Shown: in pieces, positions 21,527-32,092 of the stretch
Layout of the letters: every line of letters begins with the position of its first letter
Position numbering within the stretch: the first letter of the stretch is position 1
Origin: an uncultured Gammaproteobacteria bacterium
Lineage (GTDB): Bacteria; Pseudomonadota; Gammaproteobacteria; CAWCPV01
Assembly: GCA_963797555.1 (NCBI GenBank)
Contig: CAWCPV010000005.1
Span: forward strand, 1-64,000
DNA length: 64,000 nt
Direction of reading: 5' to 3'
Position numbers and translations under genes: made by a program
Notes under the pieces: generated by a model
What the model saw: the letters and a program-made list of their open reading frames with translations, nothing else
Told to the model about the DNA's origin: nothing
Databases searched by the model: none

Positions 21527-22870
21527 ATGATGACCACTCAGGCTTACGAGCAAAGACGCCAGCGGCTGATCGACGCTGTCCGCAAGGAACGGGGCGCGGT
21601 GCGTCTTGCCAAGGACACCTCGAACCTGTTCCGCGAACGCACGCAGGTGGCGGCGCACAAGCTGGACGTGCGCGAGTTCGACCACGTCCTGCGCGTCGAC
21701 GTGGAGCAAGGCTGCGTAGAAGTAGAGGGTATGACGCCCTATTCGGGGCTGGTGACGGAATGCCTGAAGTACGCCGTGATGCCCACCGTGGTGCCGCAGC
21801 TCAAGTCCATCACCATCGGCGGGGCGGCTGCCGGATGCGGCATCGAGGCGTCGTCGTTCAAGTACGGTCTCGTGCACGAGACTGTTCGAGAGATGGAGAT
21901 TCTGCTGCCCGACGGGCGCAGCGTGGTCTGTACTCCGACGAACGAGCACAAGGACCTGTTCTTCGGCTTTCCCAACTCCTACGGCACGCTCGGCTACGCC
22001 TTGAAGCTCAAGGTCAGAGTCGTGCCGATCAAGAAGTATGTGAAGCTCACCCGTCTGCGCCACGGCGACCCCAACGCATACTTCGCCGACCTCGCGCAAC
22101 AGTGCGCACGCGAGGATGTCGACTTCGTGGACGGCGTCGTGTTCGGCCGCGACGAGATGTACATCAACCTCGGGCAATTCTCGGACACGGCACCCTTCAC
22201 CAGCGACTACACCTTCGAGCACATTTACTACCGGTCCATCCGCGAGCGCGCCGAAGATTATCTCGTCACGGAGGACTACATCTGGCGCTGGGACACCGAT
22301 TGGTTCTGGTGCTCGAAGAACCTGTTTGCCCAGAATCCCATCGTCCGCCGCCTATACGGCCCCAGGCGGTTGAACTCCGTCACCTATACCAAGATCATGC
22401 GCTGGAACAGCCGCTGGAAAATCACGCATTATCTCAATCGGATGCTCGGCATTCACGCCGAATCGGTGATCCAGGACGTGGAGATTCCCGTAAAGCGCGC
22501 TGCGGAGTTTCTGGCGTTCTATCACGAAGTGATCGGATTTATGCCCGTCTGGATCTGCCCAACCCGCCCTTACGACCGTAACGCCCGCTTCGATCTCTAT
22601 CCGATGGATCCCGATACCTTGTACGTCAATTTCGGATTCTGGGACGTGATCCGCGGGCGCGAGAGGCTGCCGGAAGGCTATTACAACCGCCGACTCGAGC
22701 ACCAGGTGACGGAGCTCGGTGGCATGAAGTCCCTATACTCGGACTCCTACTTCACCGCGGATGAGTTCTGGCGCATCTACAACAAACCCGCCTACGACGC
22801 ACTGAAAGCCAAGTACGACCCGGACGGCACCTTGAGCGAACTATTTGCCAAATGTGTGGAGCGCAAGTAG
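21527..22870 (+). CDS. FAD-binding oxidoreductase, VAO/PCMH family (TmsA/BfaA-like, DHCR24-related)
   Basis: VRLAKDTSNLFR, VVPQLKSITIGGA, GIEASSFKYG, FPNSYGTLGY, WRWDTDWFWCS, KSLYSDSY. Confidence 0.8.
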   Translation: MMTTQAYEQRRQRLIDAVRKERGAVRLAKDTSNLFRERTQVAAHKLDVREFDHVLRVDVEQGCVEVEGMTPYSGLVTECLKYAVMPTVVPQLKSITIGGAAAGCGIEASSFKYGLVHETVREMEILLPDGRSVVCTPTNEHKDLFFGFPNSYGTLGYALKLKVRVVPIKKYVKLTRLRHGDPNAYFADLAQQCAREDVDFVDGVVFGRDEMYINLGQFSDTAPFTSDYTFEHIYYRSIRERAEDYLVTEDYIWRWDTDWFWCSKNLFAQNPIVRRLYGPRRLNSVTYTKIMRWNSRWKITHYLNRMLGIHAESVIQDVEIPVKRAAEFLAFYHEVIGFMPVWICPTRPYDRNARFDLYPMDPDTLYVNFGFWDVIRGRERLPEGYYNRRLEHQVTELGGMKSLYSDSYFTADEFWRIYNKPAYDALKAKYDPDGTLSELFAKCVERK

Positions 22871-22889
22871 TCAGCAGAGCAAGCATCGG

Positions 22890-24785
22890 TCAACATTGTG
22901 GATAGAGGTCGGGCAGCAACCCCGAACCCCGACGGCCCTCGCTGTCCCGCCGCCGTTCCTGCAGCTCGCCGGCGATGCTGGACCAGAACGCCTTGCCGTC
23001 CCACCTCTCGGAGCGCCCGCGGTAGAGCAGCCGATCCAAGCCTTGGAGGGCGGCACGGCTTTCCTGCCTCTGCAGGCGGACCGCCAGCTCCCCCAGGCCG
23101 CGCGGTGGATGCTCCGCCCAACGGGCAGCCGACCAAGCCAGAATGGCCGCCCGGGCCGCCTGCGGATCATTCGCCCGGCAGGCGCGGTCGAGATCCCGGA
23201 GCGGCGCCGACGCACCCGTCGCCTTTCGCGCCGGCGGCGACGGCTGGCGCCCAAGCCGCTGCCGTCGCGCCCGCCACCACAGCCCCAGAGTGCTCAGCCA
23301 GGCCACGAGCAGGGCAGCCGTCAGCCAGGCCCAAGGCAGCTCGCCGCTACCGCGCCCTTCCCCGGTTGCCGGGGCTCCTGGTCTGATGGATACCGCCGGG
23401 GCCGGCGCCATCGGCATGGCGGCTGGTACGCCAGGTGCGGCGGCCGCAGGGGAGGGCGGCGACCCATTGGCAACCTGCCCGGGAGGCGCCGCCAGCACCT
23501 CGATAGTGCGGGCGGACAGCACGGCTTCCTGGGGCTGGTCGGTGGCGACGTCCCACCACGGGACGCGGATCGCCGGCAGGGAGAATTTCCCCGCCTGCGT
23601 CGGCACCAGCGCGAATTTCTCGACTCGCTTGCCGAGCAGGAACATCCCCGGGCTCTGGTCATTGATCGCCGGCTCGTCGGGGTAGACCTTCATGGAAGGG
23701 GAATCCTTGAGCGTGAGGTCCGGAAGCTGGGAGGCCGAGAGTCCCCGGGCGAGCAGGGTGATGGTGCGCGTGACCGGCTCTCCGACCCGGAACTGCGGCG
23801 GGTCCGGGGACCAGCTTTCCGAGACCGTGAGCGACTGGGCCGGCAGCCAGGTGCCGGCCGTGGCCTGGGCCGGACTGGGCCGCACCTCCAGCCCGATCTC
23901 CGGGCTGTGGGCACGCACCGGGCGCAGCGTCTCGAACAGCCGGTCCAAGGGATTGGGGCCGCCGAAGCCGTTGAAGAAGCGGTCCGGCACAGAGGACGGC
24001 CGGGCCTCCGCCATCTGCCCGGAGAACAGTATCGGGGGTATCTTGAGGGGGCCGCTGGCCTGCGGAAAGACCGCGTAGCGGCGTTCGATGACGTGATAGG
24101 TGCGGCCGTCGCGCAGCTTGTCGTAGCGCGAATCACGGCCCAGGCGCTCCACAATGGCGTTGGGAACCTGGGGATCGGCCAGGGAGCCCTGCCGCAACCC
24201 GTCGCCGTAGTAAAGGCGCAGAGTGTAGACCACTTCGGCCTGGACATATGGACGGCGGTCGTCGACCTCCGCCTCGAGAGCGACGGGCACACGGCCGCCT
24301 GGCATGGCCGCCGTTCCGGCGCCGCCGGGCAACACCTTGACGTGCAGCGGCTGCGTACTGTCCTCGCCCACCCGGATCGGTGGAATCGTGAATTCCCCGG
24401 GGGTGCGAGGCGCCAGGGTGATGGTCCACTCCAGGCGGGCGCTCACTTGTCCGTTGACGATATCCAGCCGCTGGCTCTGCGCGGTACCCAGGACTTGGAA
24501 GTCCTTCTTCAGAGGCGCTAGGTCGGGCCGGCCGGAGGAGCCGTTGCCGTCCGCTGCGATGCTGAGATTGAAGGTTTCATCCAGGCCAACCGCGCTGCGG
24601 TCCAAGTGTGCTCTCAGGTCGGCAGCCCGGGCCGATGGCACGGACAGCGCCAGCAGCAGGCCCAGGGCCAGCAGGCTGGTGGTCCAAGTTCGGTACAGCG
24701 GGCCGGGGTTCCAGGCCACCGCCCGTCGAGGGCTTCCGTAAGGGCTCATGTCTTCAGCGTTCCATTTCCAAGACTTCGGCGACAC
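22890..24785 (-). CDS. BatD family protein
   Basis: Signal/TM segment, LDRSAVGLDETFNL, VIERRYAVFPQASG, VGEPVTRTITL, C-terminal TM, LPDLYP end. Start uncertain. Confidence 0.85.
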   Translation of the reverse strand: MSPKSWKWNAEDMSPYGSPRRAVAWNPGPLYRTWTTSLLALGLLLALSVPSARAADLRAHLDRSAVGLDETFNLSIAADGNGSSGRPDLAPLKKDFQVLGTAQSQRLDIVNGQVSARLEWTITLAPRTPGEFTIPPIRVGEDSTQPLHVKVLPGGAGTAAMPGGRVPVALEAEVDDRRPYVQAEVVYTLRLYYGDGLRQGSLADPQVPNAIVERLGRDSRYDKLRDGRTYHVIERRYAVFPQASGPLKIPPILFSGQMAEARPSSVPDRFFNGFGGPNPLDRLFETLRPVRAHSPEIGLEVRPSPAQATAGTWLPAQSLTVSESWSPDPPQFRVGEPVTRTITLLARGLSASQLPDLTLKDSPSMKVYPDEPAINDQSPGMFLLGKRVEKFALVPTQAGKFSLPAIRVPWWDVATDQPQEAVLSARTIEVLAAPPGQVANGSPPSPAAAAPGVPAAMPMAPAPAVSIRPGAPATGEGRGSGELPWAWLTAALLVAWLSTLGLWWRARRQRLGRQPSPPARKATGASAPLRDLDRACRANDPQAARAAILAWSAARWAEHPPRGLGELAVRLQRQESRAALQGLDRLLYRGRSERWDGKAFWSSIAGELQERRRDSEGRRGSGLLPDLYPQC

Positions 24786-24797
24786 GCGACGACCTGT

Positions 24798-26849
24798 TCA
24801 CCAAGGGTTCCCCGGCGAGCCCAGGGCGCTCTGACGACGCAGGTGCTCTTGCAGAAATTTCTGCCGCAGCAGCCCCCCCGGATCATCGGGAATCCGGCGC
24901 AGCCACTGCTCGAGGGCCTGCTGCGACTCCGACCGCCGGGCCTGTTCCGTGGCGGCGCCTGCTCCCGCCGGGCCGGAGGGCCGGTCCGCCACGGCGCCCG
25001 TCGGCTGCCCGCCCGGCTCAGCCCCGTCGGCCCTGGCACTTTGGGGCCGTCCAGGCGACGGTCTGCCTGAGCTTGCAGCGTGTCCATCGGCGCTGCCCGG
25101 TGCGCTTCCCCGCTGGGTCTTCTGCCGCGCACCCTGCCTTTCCGGGAGCGGTGGGCTGCCGCCGCTGGCACCCGCAGACGCTTCGACGCCATGGCTCTGC
25201 TGGCCCTGGCCTGCATTCGGCCCGGCGGCAGAGGTCGCGCTGACAGCGCTGTCGGGCGTCGAGCGCTTCGCACTCGCGCCTGGCTGCGCCCCTTGGGAGC
25301 GCTGGGGATGATTCGCCGCGGATTGACCCTTGCCCGGCTGCGCTGCCGACTGGCCGCCCTGCTGGCTGGACGGGTTGCCGGTGCCGCTCTGCTGGTGGCG
25401 GCCCCGAGAGTCATTTTCCGTGCCTTGCTGACCGGTCCCGCCCCCCTTCTTCCCGGATTGGGTAGAGTCCCGATCTTGCCGGTGCTGCTGCTCTTCAAGC
25501 CATTTCTCGAGCAGGTCCTTGTTGTGGCGGGCATCCTCCATCTTCGGATTGAGCTGCAGGGCCTGGTCGTAAGCGGCCAATGCCTCGCGGGGCTTTCCCA
25601 TGTGCGCCAAGGCGTTGCCCCGGTTGTACTGGGCCTCGGCGCCCTCGATCCGGCCGAAGGCGTCGGCGGCCTGCTGATACTTTCCGGCACGATACAGCGC
25701 CGCGGCGTGCCAGGCGGGGTCCCGGAAGCTGTCGGCCGCCTGCGCCGCCTGCCCCGCGGACATCTCCCGCGCGCCCTGCTGGTCGCCCCGCAGCCACAGA
25801 TCGTTCCAGCCCAGAGCCTGGGCGGGCTGGGGCAGAAACGCAGGCATCAGCGCGAAGACAGCTATCCAGCCGCGGCGGAAACCGAAGGCGGCGAGCGGCA
25901 GCAGAGCCAGCGCGAGCCACGGACCCTCGTCCCGCCAGCGTTGTGTCGTGCGTTCCCCCGACTTGCTCTGCGCCGTGCCCGTGCGCTCCACCGTCATGGC
26001 AGCGCGCAGATCGGCATCGCCACTGCTGATGGTCCGGTAAATGCCGCCCCCGGCCTCGGTGATCTCCCGCAACGGTCCGGGATCGAGGTGGGGTACCACG
26101 ATCGCCCCGTGGGAGTCCGTCACAAAGCCGCCCGCGCTCGGGATGGGGCCGCCCTGGGGGGTACCCACGCCGAGGATGGACAGGCGTCGCCCATCCTGGC
26201 GCAGCTTTCGGGCGGCCTCCAGGGTGGCCGCCGGGTTGTCCACGCCATCGGTGATCAGTAGCACCTCGCCACCGGGCGCACCGGCCTGGCTCAGGAGGCG
26301 GCCGGCCTGTCGCAGCGCCAGATCGGGACGGCTCCCCTGCACTGGCGTCAGGTCGGTGGCGAGGGCAGGCACCATGGCGGCGATGGTGGCCGTGTCGTCG
26401 GTGAGGGGTGACACGACGTAAGGCTCCCCCGCGAACACCACCAGGGCGGTCTGGCCTTCGCGGCGCTGCTTCAGGAGATCGAGAAGCTTGTACTTGGCGC
26501 GGGCCAGTCGGGACGGCTGCAGGTCTTCCACGTCCATGGAACGGGAGAGGTCCAGCACCAGGACCGCCGCACTTTTCAGCCGGTACACCGGCTGAGGCAG
26601 CCGCGACCAGCTTGGCCCCGCCAGGGCCAGTACCGCAATCAGCCATCCCGCACCGAGCAGAGACAGGGGCACTCGGGCCGGGCGTCCGTCGCCCTCCACC
26701 ACCAGGCTCGGTAGCAGGTGCGGGTCGATGACCGCGGACCAGTCTCCCGATCCGTCGCGCCGGCGCAGCAGCCGTGCGAGCAGCATCCCCAGCGGGATGA
26801 GGGCAAGCAGCCAGAGGGGGCGCAGCAGATGGATCTCGCTCCAGATCAT
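24798..26849 (-). CDS. VWA + TPR protein (BatB/BatC-like)
   Basis: MIDAS DLSRSM, PSRLARAK, YNRGNALA TPR, Q/G/S-rich linker, WLRRIPDDPGGLLRQKF. Confidence 0.9.
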   Translation of the reverse strand: MIWSEIHLLRPLWLLALIPLGMLLARLLRRRDGSGDWSAVIDPHLLPSLVVEGDGRPARVPLSLLGAGWLIAVLALAGPSWSRLPQPVYRLKSAAVLVLDLSRSMDVEDLQPSRLARAKYKLLDLLKQRREGQTALVVFAGEPYVVSPLTDDTATIAAMVPALATDLTPVQGSRPDLALRQAGRLLSQAGAPGGEVLLITDGVDNPAATLEAARKLRQDGRRLSILGVGTPQGGPIPSAGGFVTDSHGAIVVPHLDPGPLREITEAGGGIYRTISSGDADLRAAMTVERTGTAQSKSGERTTQRWRDEGPWLALALLPLAAFGFRRGWIAVFALMPAFLPQPAQALGWNDLWLRGDQQGAREMSAGQAAQAADSFRDPAWHAAALYRAGKYQQAADAFGRIEGAEAQYNRGNALAHMGKPREALAAYDQALQLNPKMEDARHNKDLLEKWLEEQQHRQDRDSTQSGKKGGGTGQQGTENDSRGRHQQSGTGNPSSQQGGQSAAQPGKGQSAANHPQRSQGAQPGASAKRSTPDSAVSATSAAGPNAGQGQQSHGVEASAGASGGSPPLPERQGARQKTQRGSAPGSADGHAASSGRPSPGRPQSARADGAEPGGQPTGAVADRPSGPAGAGAATEQARRSESQQALEQWLRRIPDDPGGLLRQKFLQEHLRRQSALGSPGNPW

Positions 26850-27889
26850 GGGCTCGCCACCTCTCCCTCCGCAAGGTCAACGCGCGAGCGCCCGCTGCGG
26901 AGCCTGCCGGTAGCGAGCATGGCGATGAGCGCGGAGATCAGTAAGGCGGCCCCGAGGGGCCAGTAGAACAGCGGGGTCACCGGCCGGAAAGTCTCGGTGT
27001 CGGTGCTGCGCGGCTCCAGCCTGTCGAGCTCGCGGTAGATCTGCCCAAGCCCCTCGGTGTCCGCGGCGCGAAAATAGCGGCCGTGCGTGGTCTGCGCGAT
27101 CTCCTTCAGCGTGCCCTCGTCCAAGTCGCTGGACGGGTTGACCATCCGAGTGCCGAACAACGTGGGCACCTCCAGGGTGTTCGCGCCCAGCCCAATGGTG
27201 TAGATGCGCAGGCCCTCAGCGGCGGCGAGCTTGGCCGCCTGCACGGGGTCGACCTCGCCCGCCGTGTTGGCGCCGTCGGTGAGCAGGACCAGCACCCGCT
27301 GCTTCTGCGGAGTGTTGCGCAAACGTTTGACCGCCAGTCCGATGGCATCGCCGATGGCCGTCTGCTTACCCGCCAATCCGATCTGCGCTTCACTCAGCAT
27401 GGCGAGCACGGTCTTGCGATCGAAGGTGAGCGGGGTCTGCAGGTAAGCGCGGGTGCCGAAAAGGATCAGGCCGATGCGGTCCCCGCTGCGCTGCTGGATG
27501 AAGCGGCTGGCGGTCGCTTTCACCACGTCCAGGCGGGTCGCCGGCTGGCCGTCGATGTCGAAATCCGGCAGCTCCATGCTGCCCGAGAGGTCCAGGGCCA
27601 GCATGAGATCGCGTCCCTCCAGCGGCAGCGCCACAGGCGGCCCCAGCCACTGAGGCTGAGCGGCGGAGGCGACCGCCAGCGCCCAGGCCGCGTAGGCCGC
27701 GCACAGCCGGGCCCGATACCCCCCACTGCGCTTCCCAGGCCCGGCGCTCAGCTCCGCCACCCGGCTGAAAAACGGCAGCCTGAGTGCCGCGCCGCCGACG
27801 CCGGTCTCAGGCGCCGGCGGCAACAGACGCCGCAGCACCCACGGCAGCGGCAGGAGCAGGAACAGCCAAGGCTGCGCCAGCTCAAACAT
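26846..27889 (-). CDS. VWA domain protein (BatA-like)
   Basis: DLSGSM, GDRIGLILFG, TAIGDAIGLA, LLTDGANTAG. Confidence 0.9.
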   Translation of the reverse strand: MFELAQPWLFLLLPLPWVLRRLLPPAPETGVGGAALRLPFFSRVAELSAGPGKRSGGYRARLCAAYAAWALAVASAAQPQWLGPPVALPLEGRDLMLALDLSGSMELPDFDIDGQPATRLDVVKATASRFIQQRSGDRIGLILFGTRAYLQTPLTFDRKTVLAMLSEAQIGLAGKQTAIGDAIGLAVKRLRNTPQKQRVLVLLTDGANTAGEVDPVQAAKLAAAEGLRIYTIGLGANTLEVPTLFGTRMVNPSSDLDEGTLKEIAQTTHGRYFRAADTEGLGQIYRELDRLEPRSTDTETFRPVTPLFYWPLGAALLISALIAMLATGRLRSGRSRVDLAEGEVASP

Positions 27890-28379
27890 GCCCTTCCTTC
27901 TGGGCCTGCCCGTTGGCCCGTATCCATGCCTCCACGGTGCTCCCCAGGGCATCGCCGTCCAGCTCCACACCTGGGCGGTAGGGTGCACTGAGCAGCGCCC
28001 GGCCCGAGCCCTGGGTGAACCGCCCGCCGCCGCCGGTACGATCCAGAAACTGTAGCCAGCGCTCGCCGCTCAGCCCGGCCACCTCCCGCTTCGGAAAGCA
28101 AACCATCGCATAGCGGCGTAGCAGCCGGGACAGCCGCGCGGCCAGGGCCTGACGATCCCGGTCGCGGTGAAAACAATCCAGTCCCTGCGCCAGCTCTCGG
28201 AGGGCCGCCTGCTGCAGGCGCGGCGGACGCCGCCGATACAGTCGCCAGCCGGCCAGCGATGCCGCGCAGAGCAGGGCCGCCAGGAGCCACCATCCGGGGG
28301 CCGGAGGCCACCAGGACACCGCCGCGGGCAGGTGAATGTCCCGCAACGCGGACAGCGGCAGGCCGGCGGCCTGGTTCAC
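27882..28379 (-). CDS. DUF4381 family protein
   Basis: LRDIHLPAAVSWWPPAPGWW signature. Confidence 0.85.
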   Translation of the reverse strand: MNQAAGLPLSALRDIHLPAAVSWWPPAPGWWLLAALLCAASLAGWRLYRRRPPRLQQAALRELAQGLDCFHRDRDRQALAARLSRLLRRYAMVCFPKREVAGLSGERWLQFLDRTGGGGRFTQGSGRALLSAPYRPGVELDGDALGSTVEAWIRANGQAQKEGHV

Positions 28380-29337
28380 GGCCGCTCCCCCGCTCCCCGG
28401 CGGAGGTGCACCTGGAGGCCCCGACGCAGGGTATCGGCCACCGGCTGATCCGTTGCCAGGACAACCACGTGGATGCCGTGACGGTCCCGCTGCTCGTCCA
28501 GCAGCGCGCGGCGGCGCTGAAATTGACCCGCATACGCCCGACGCACGGAAGCGCTCGTCGTATCGAGGGTGGCCCGGAGCCGGCCGTCGCTGATCCGGTA
28601 GCGGCCGGGCGGCGGGGCCTGGGCCTCCAGAGGGTCGTACACCAGCACCGTCACCACGTCACTGTGGCACGACAGGCGCGCGAGGGTAGCTTCGGCCGCC
28701 CCATCCAGGTCCAGGAAGTCGCTGATCAGAAACACCAGACTGCCTGGCCGGCTGATGCGGGACAGCCGCGTCAGTGCGCTGTGGATGGCACCGCTCCCGT
28801 CCTCTGGATCGGGATCTCCCTGGTGGACATCCCGTAGGGCCTGGATCAGCCGCAGCACACCCGCTCGCGGCCCAGGGGGCGCAGCTCTTGGTGCTCCTGC
28901 CCGGCGAAAACTACCCCCCCGACCCGATCCCCGTGTCCCACCGCCGCCCAGCCGAGCAGGGCTGCGGCCCGGGCGGCCAGCACCGACTTGAACGCGACGC
29001 GGGTGCCGAAGCGCATACTGGCGCCCAAATCCACGAGCAACAGCACCGGCCGTTCCCTCTCCTCGCGGAACAGCTTGGTGTGAGGCTGACCGGTTCGGGC
29101 GGTCACGCGCCAGTCGATGTTGCGGATGTCGTCCCCCGGCAAGTAGGCGCGCACCTCGGCGAAGTCGATGCCGCGGCCCTTGAACGGCGACGCATAAGGC
29201 CCCGTCTGGGTCGTCATGACCCGCCGTTGGGGAGCCAGACCGGGCAGGCTGGCCTGGCTGCGCAGACGGATCAGCTCCTCGCTGCCCAGGATCACGCCGC
29301 CCCCGGGCATCTCGGCGCTTGCCGCGGCGGCGCTCAC
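28376..29337 (-). CDS. DUF58 family protein (frameshift near 28860)
   Basis: GRGIDFAEVRAYLPGDDIRNIDWRVTAR, KLFREERER, LISDF. Confidence 0.9.
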
Positions 29338-30362
29338 GGCACCGCCACCCGCTGCAGCAGGCGGTCGATGAAGGTATCAGGAGTCACTCCGTCCGCTTCC
29401 GCCTCGAAGGACAGCAGCACCCGGTGCCGGAGCACGTCGTGGGCCACCGACTGTATATCCTCCGGCGATACGTAATCCCGGTCATGCAGCCAGGCGTGGG
29501 CTCGGGCGCAGCGGTCCAGCGCGATACTCGCCCGCGGGCTGGCGCCGAAACGCACCCAGCGCGCCAGCTCGGCCCCATAGGGGGCAGGGTGCCGGGTGGC
29601 GGCCACCAGTTGCAGGAGATAGTCCTCCAACGCCGGGGCCAGATGCAGGCCCAGCACCTCTCGGCGCGCCCGGAACAAGTCGCCCTGGCTGATGCGCAGC
29701 GGTGCGCTGAGACCCGGCTCGATCCGGTTCGCGCTGCTCGCCTCGAGCTGGGCATGAGCCTGCTCCCGGGCAATCGCCAAGATGCGGTGCTCTGCCGCCA
29801 GGCTCGGATAGCCGACTCGGATGTACATGAGGAAGCGGTCGAGCTGGGCCTCGGGCAGGGGGTAGGTTCCCTCCTGCTCGATGGGGTTCTGCGTGGCCAT
29901 CACCAGGAACAGACCCGGCAGGGGGTAGGTCGCCCGGCCGACGGTCACCTGCCGCTCGGCCATGGCCTCGAGCAGAGCGGACTGCACTTTGGCCGGTGCC
30001 CGGTTGATCTCATCTGCCAACAGCAGGTTGTGGAACAGGGGCCCCCGCTCGAAATGGAACCCGCCGTCCTGCGGATGGAATATCTCCGTTCCGGTCAGGT
30101 CCGCGGGCAGCAGGTCGGGGGTGAACTGGATGCGGTGAAAGCTGCCTTCCAGGGCAGCAGACAGCGTCCTGATCGCCGTGGTCTTGGCCAGACCCGGCGC
30201 TCCTTCGACCAGCAGATGGCCATCGGCCAGCAAGGCCACCAGCAGGCGCAGGTTCAACGCCTCCTGCCCGACGATACGCTCGTTGAGGAAGGCCCGCAGT
30301 CGGCGGATGCCTTCAATGGCTGAACTGGGCTCCGGCAGGGCCGGCTCGGCGCTTGCACTCAT
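29334..30362 (-). CDS. moxR: MoxR family AAA+ ATPase
   Basis: EGAPGLAKT, RIQFTPDLLPAD, DEINRA, ATQNPIEQEGTYPLPEAQLDRF. Confidence 0.92.
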   Translation of the reverse strand: MSASAEPALPEPSSAIEGIRRLRAFLNERIVGQEALNLRLLVALLADGHLLVEGAPGLAKTTAIRTLSAALEGSFHRIQFTPDLLPADLTGTEIFHPQDGGFHFERGPLFHNLLLADEINRAPAKVQSALLEAMAERQVTVGRATYPLPGLFLVMATQNPIEQEGTYPLPEAQLDRFLMYIRVGYPSLAAEHRILAIAREQAHAQLEASSANRIEPGLSAPLRISQGDLFRARREVLGLHLAPALEDYLLQLVAATRHPAPYGAELARWVRFGASPRASIALDRCARAHAWLHDRDYVSPEDIQSVAHDVLRHRVLLSFEAEADGVTPDTFIDRLLQRVAVP

Positions 30363-30780
30363 CGCTATCTCTTCCCTCTTTGCTCGCGGGCTCCGCAGAG
30401 GGAGCACGGCACGGCCTGCGCAGCGCGCGGAACGCGGGAACATGGTACGTCGCTGGCTGCTGCGCGCGGGCCGCTGTGGCTGATACCGCCGAAGCGGTCC
30501 GTCCGGGCCGCCCGCCGGCGTGGTCTAGCAGGCACCAACGCTGTCGTTGACCATCGTGAACTGAAAAAATTCCTCTCGGGGGATCGAGACGGGCGCGAGG
30601 GAGGCGGCCACGAGGTTGCGGGCCCGCCCATAGCGAGCCGTGGCTCCAGCACCGCACCGGGTTACCCGCGAGGCCATCGATCCCCGGGGCCTCCTTCGCT
30701 CCCCCAGACATTTCCGGCCCATCACCGCGCGGCGGTACGGTCGGGCTGCCAGAGTGGCGATGACTAATGCCTGCAGAACA

Positions 30781-31947
30781 CTAGTGTAGTGCTTGGTAAT
30801 TAACGGAACATATATGATCTATCGCTGTCCAGGGCTATGAAGCCAAGACAGGAGAGCACTGATGCGAGTAGCCCCGATGGTCCGACTGAGCGCGGAAGAA
30901 CAGCGGAGCCTGAGGCGTGTGTCGCGTTCGAACACCACGAGTGTGAGGCTGGCCCGCCGAGCGCGCATTGTGCTGTTGGCGGCGGTGGGCATGGAGAACA
31001 AGGCCATCGCGGCGGAACTCAAGATTGGGCGTGTGCAGGTTGGGCGTTGGCGGGAGCGCTATGCGCAAGGCGGGCTGGCGGCCATCGAGTGTGACCTGCC
31101 GCGCGGAGGTCGTCAGCCCAAGGTGGATGCCGCCGAGATCGTGCGACGTACGACTCAGACCCAGCCCTTAGCAGCGACACAGTGGAGTACGCGGACCCTG
31201 GCTAAGGAAATGGGAGTGAGCGACACCACGGTGCTGCGCGTGTGGCATGCCCATGGGCTGAAGCCGCATCGTGTCGAATCCTTCAAGGTATCGCGCGACC
31301 CGAAATTCACCGAGAAGTTGGAGGACATCGTCGGGCTGTATCTGTCCCCCCCGGAGCATGCTTTGGTGTTGTGCTGCGACGAGAAGAGTCAGGTTCAGGC
31401 GCTGGATCGTACCCAACCTGGCCTGCCGCTGAAGAAGGGGCGGGCTGCGACCATGACCCATGACTACAAGCGCCATGGCACCACGACACTGTTTGCTGCC
31501 CTGAACACCTTGGAGGGTTCCGTGATTGCCCGCTGCGAGCCGCACCATCGCCACACGGAGTGGCTCACCTTCCTGCGCCAAATCGACCGCGAGACGCCCA
31601 AGGACAAGGAACTGCACTTGGTCTGCGACAACTACGCCACCCACAAACATCCCAACGTTCAGAAATGGCTGGGAAAACACCCGCGTTTCCACATCCATTT
31701 CACGCCCACCTCAGCATCCTGGTTGAACATGGTCGAGCGATTCTTCCGCGACCTGACTGTGGATCGGTTGCGCCGTGGCGTGTTTCGAAGCGTCCCCGAG
31801 TTGATCCATGCCATCAACCGCTATGTCGATGCCCACAACGCCAATCCCAAACCCTTCATCTGGACCGCCAAGGCTAAGGACATCCTGCAGAAGGTCATCC
31901 GCGCCAACGCACGTTTAAGTTCTAAACAGAATGAAGCACTACACTAG
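30781..31947 (+). mobile_element. IS630-family insertion sequence, intact
   Basis: Inverted ends CTAGTGTAGTGCTT (30781-30794) and AAGCACTACACTAG (31934-31947) with TA at both ends, enclosing a transposase. Confidence 0.92.
30862..31947 (+). CDS. IS630 DDE transposase
   Basis: HTH N-terminus; CDEKS, HDYKRHGTTTLFAAL, CDNYATH, SWLNMVERFF. Confidence 0.95.
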   Translation: MRVAPMVRLSAEEQRSLRRVSRSNTTSVRLARRARIVLLAAVGMENKAIAAELKIGRVQVGRWRERYAQGGLAAIECDLPRGGRQPKVDAAEIVRRTTQTQPLAATQWSTRTLAKEMGVSDTTVLRVWHAHGLKPHRVESFKVSRDPKFTEKLEDIVGLYLSPPEHALVLCCDEKSQVQALDRTQPGLPLKKGRAATMTHDYKRHGTTTLFAALNTLEGSVIARCEPHHRHTEWLTFLRQIDRETPKDKELHLVCDNYATHKHPNVQKWLGKHPRFHIHFTPTSASWLNMVERFFRDLTVDRLRRGVFRSVPELIHAINRYVDAHNANPKPFIWTAKAKDILQKVIRANARLSSKQNEALH

Positions 31948-32092
31948 ATTGGTCCCCTTCCCGCCGCATCGAGCCCGTCACGGAGCAATGATGCGTCCAA
32001 CGGCGCGCGCGGCGCACTCTCGGCGTGGTCCCAGGAGGTCACGCGGCTCGGGTATAATCGCTCCCCACCTGCACGGGAAAAGAGCGCCAGGT

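Noticed and set aside
390-24521. Long antisense or alternate-frame ORFs (e.g. 390..1610, 8150..9631, 15069..16691, 22845..24521)
   Set aside because: Shadow ORFs of high-GC genes. They overlap well-supported genes and carry no motifs.
22890-30362. MoxR-VWA-BatD operon as a novel system
   Set aside because: A widespread, already described operon with standard gene order. The Q/G/S-rich linker is normal for the family.
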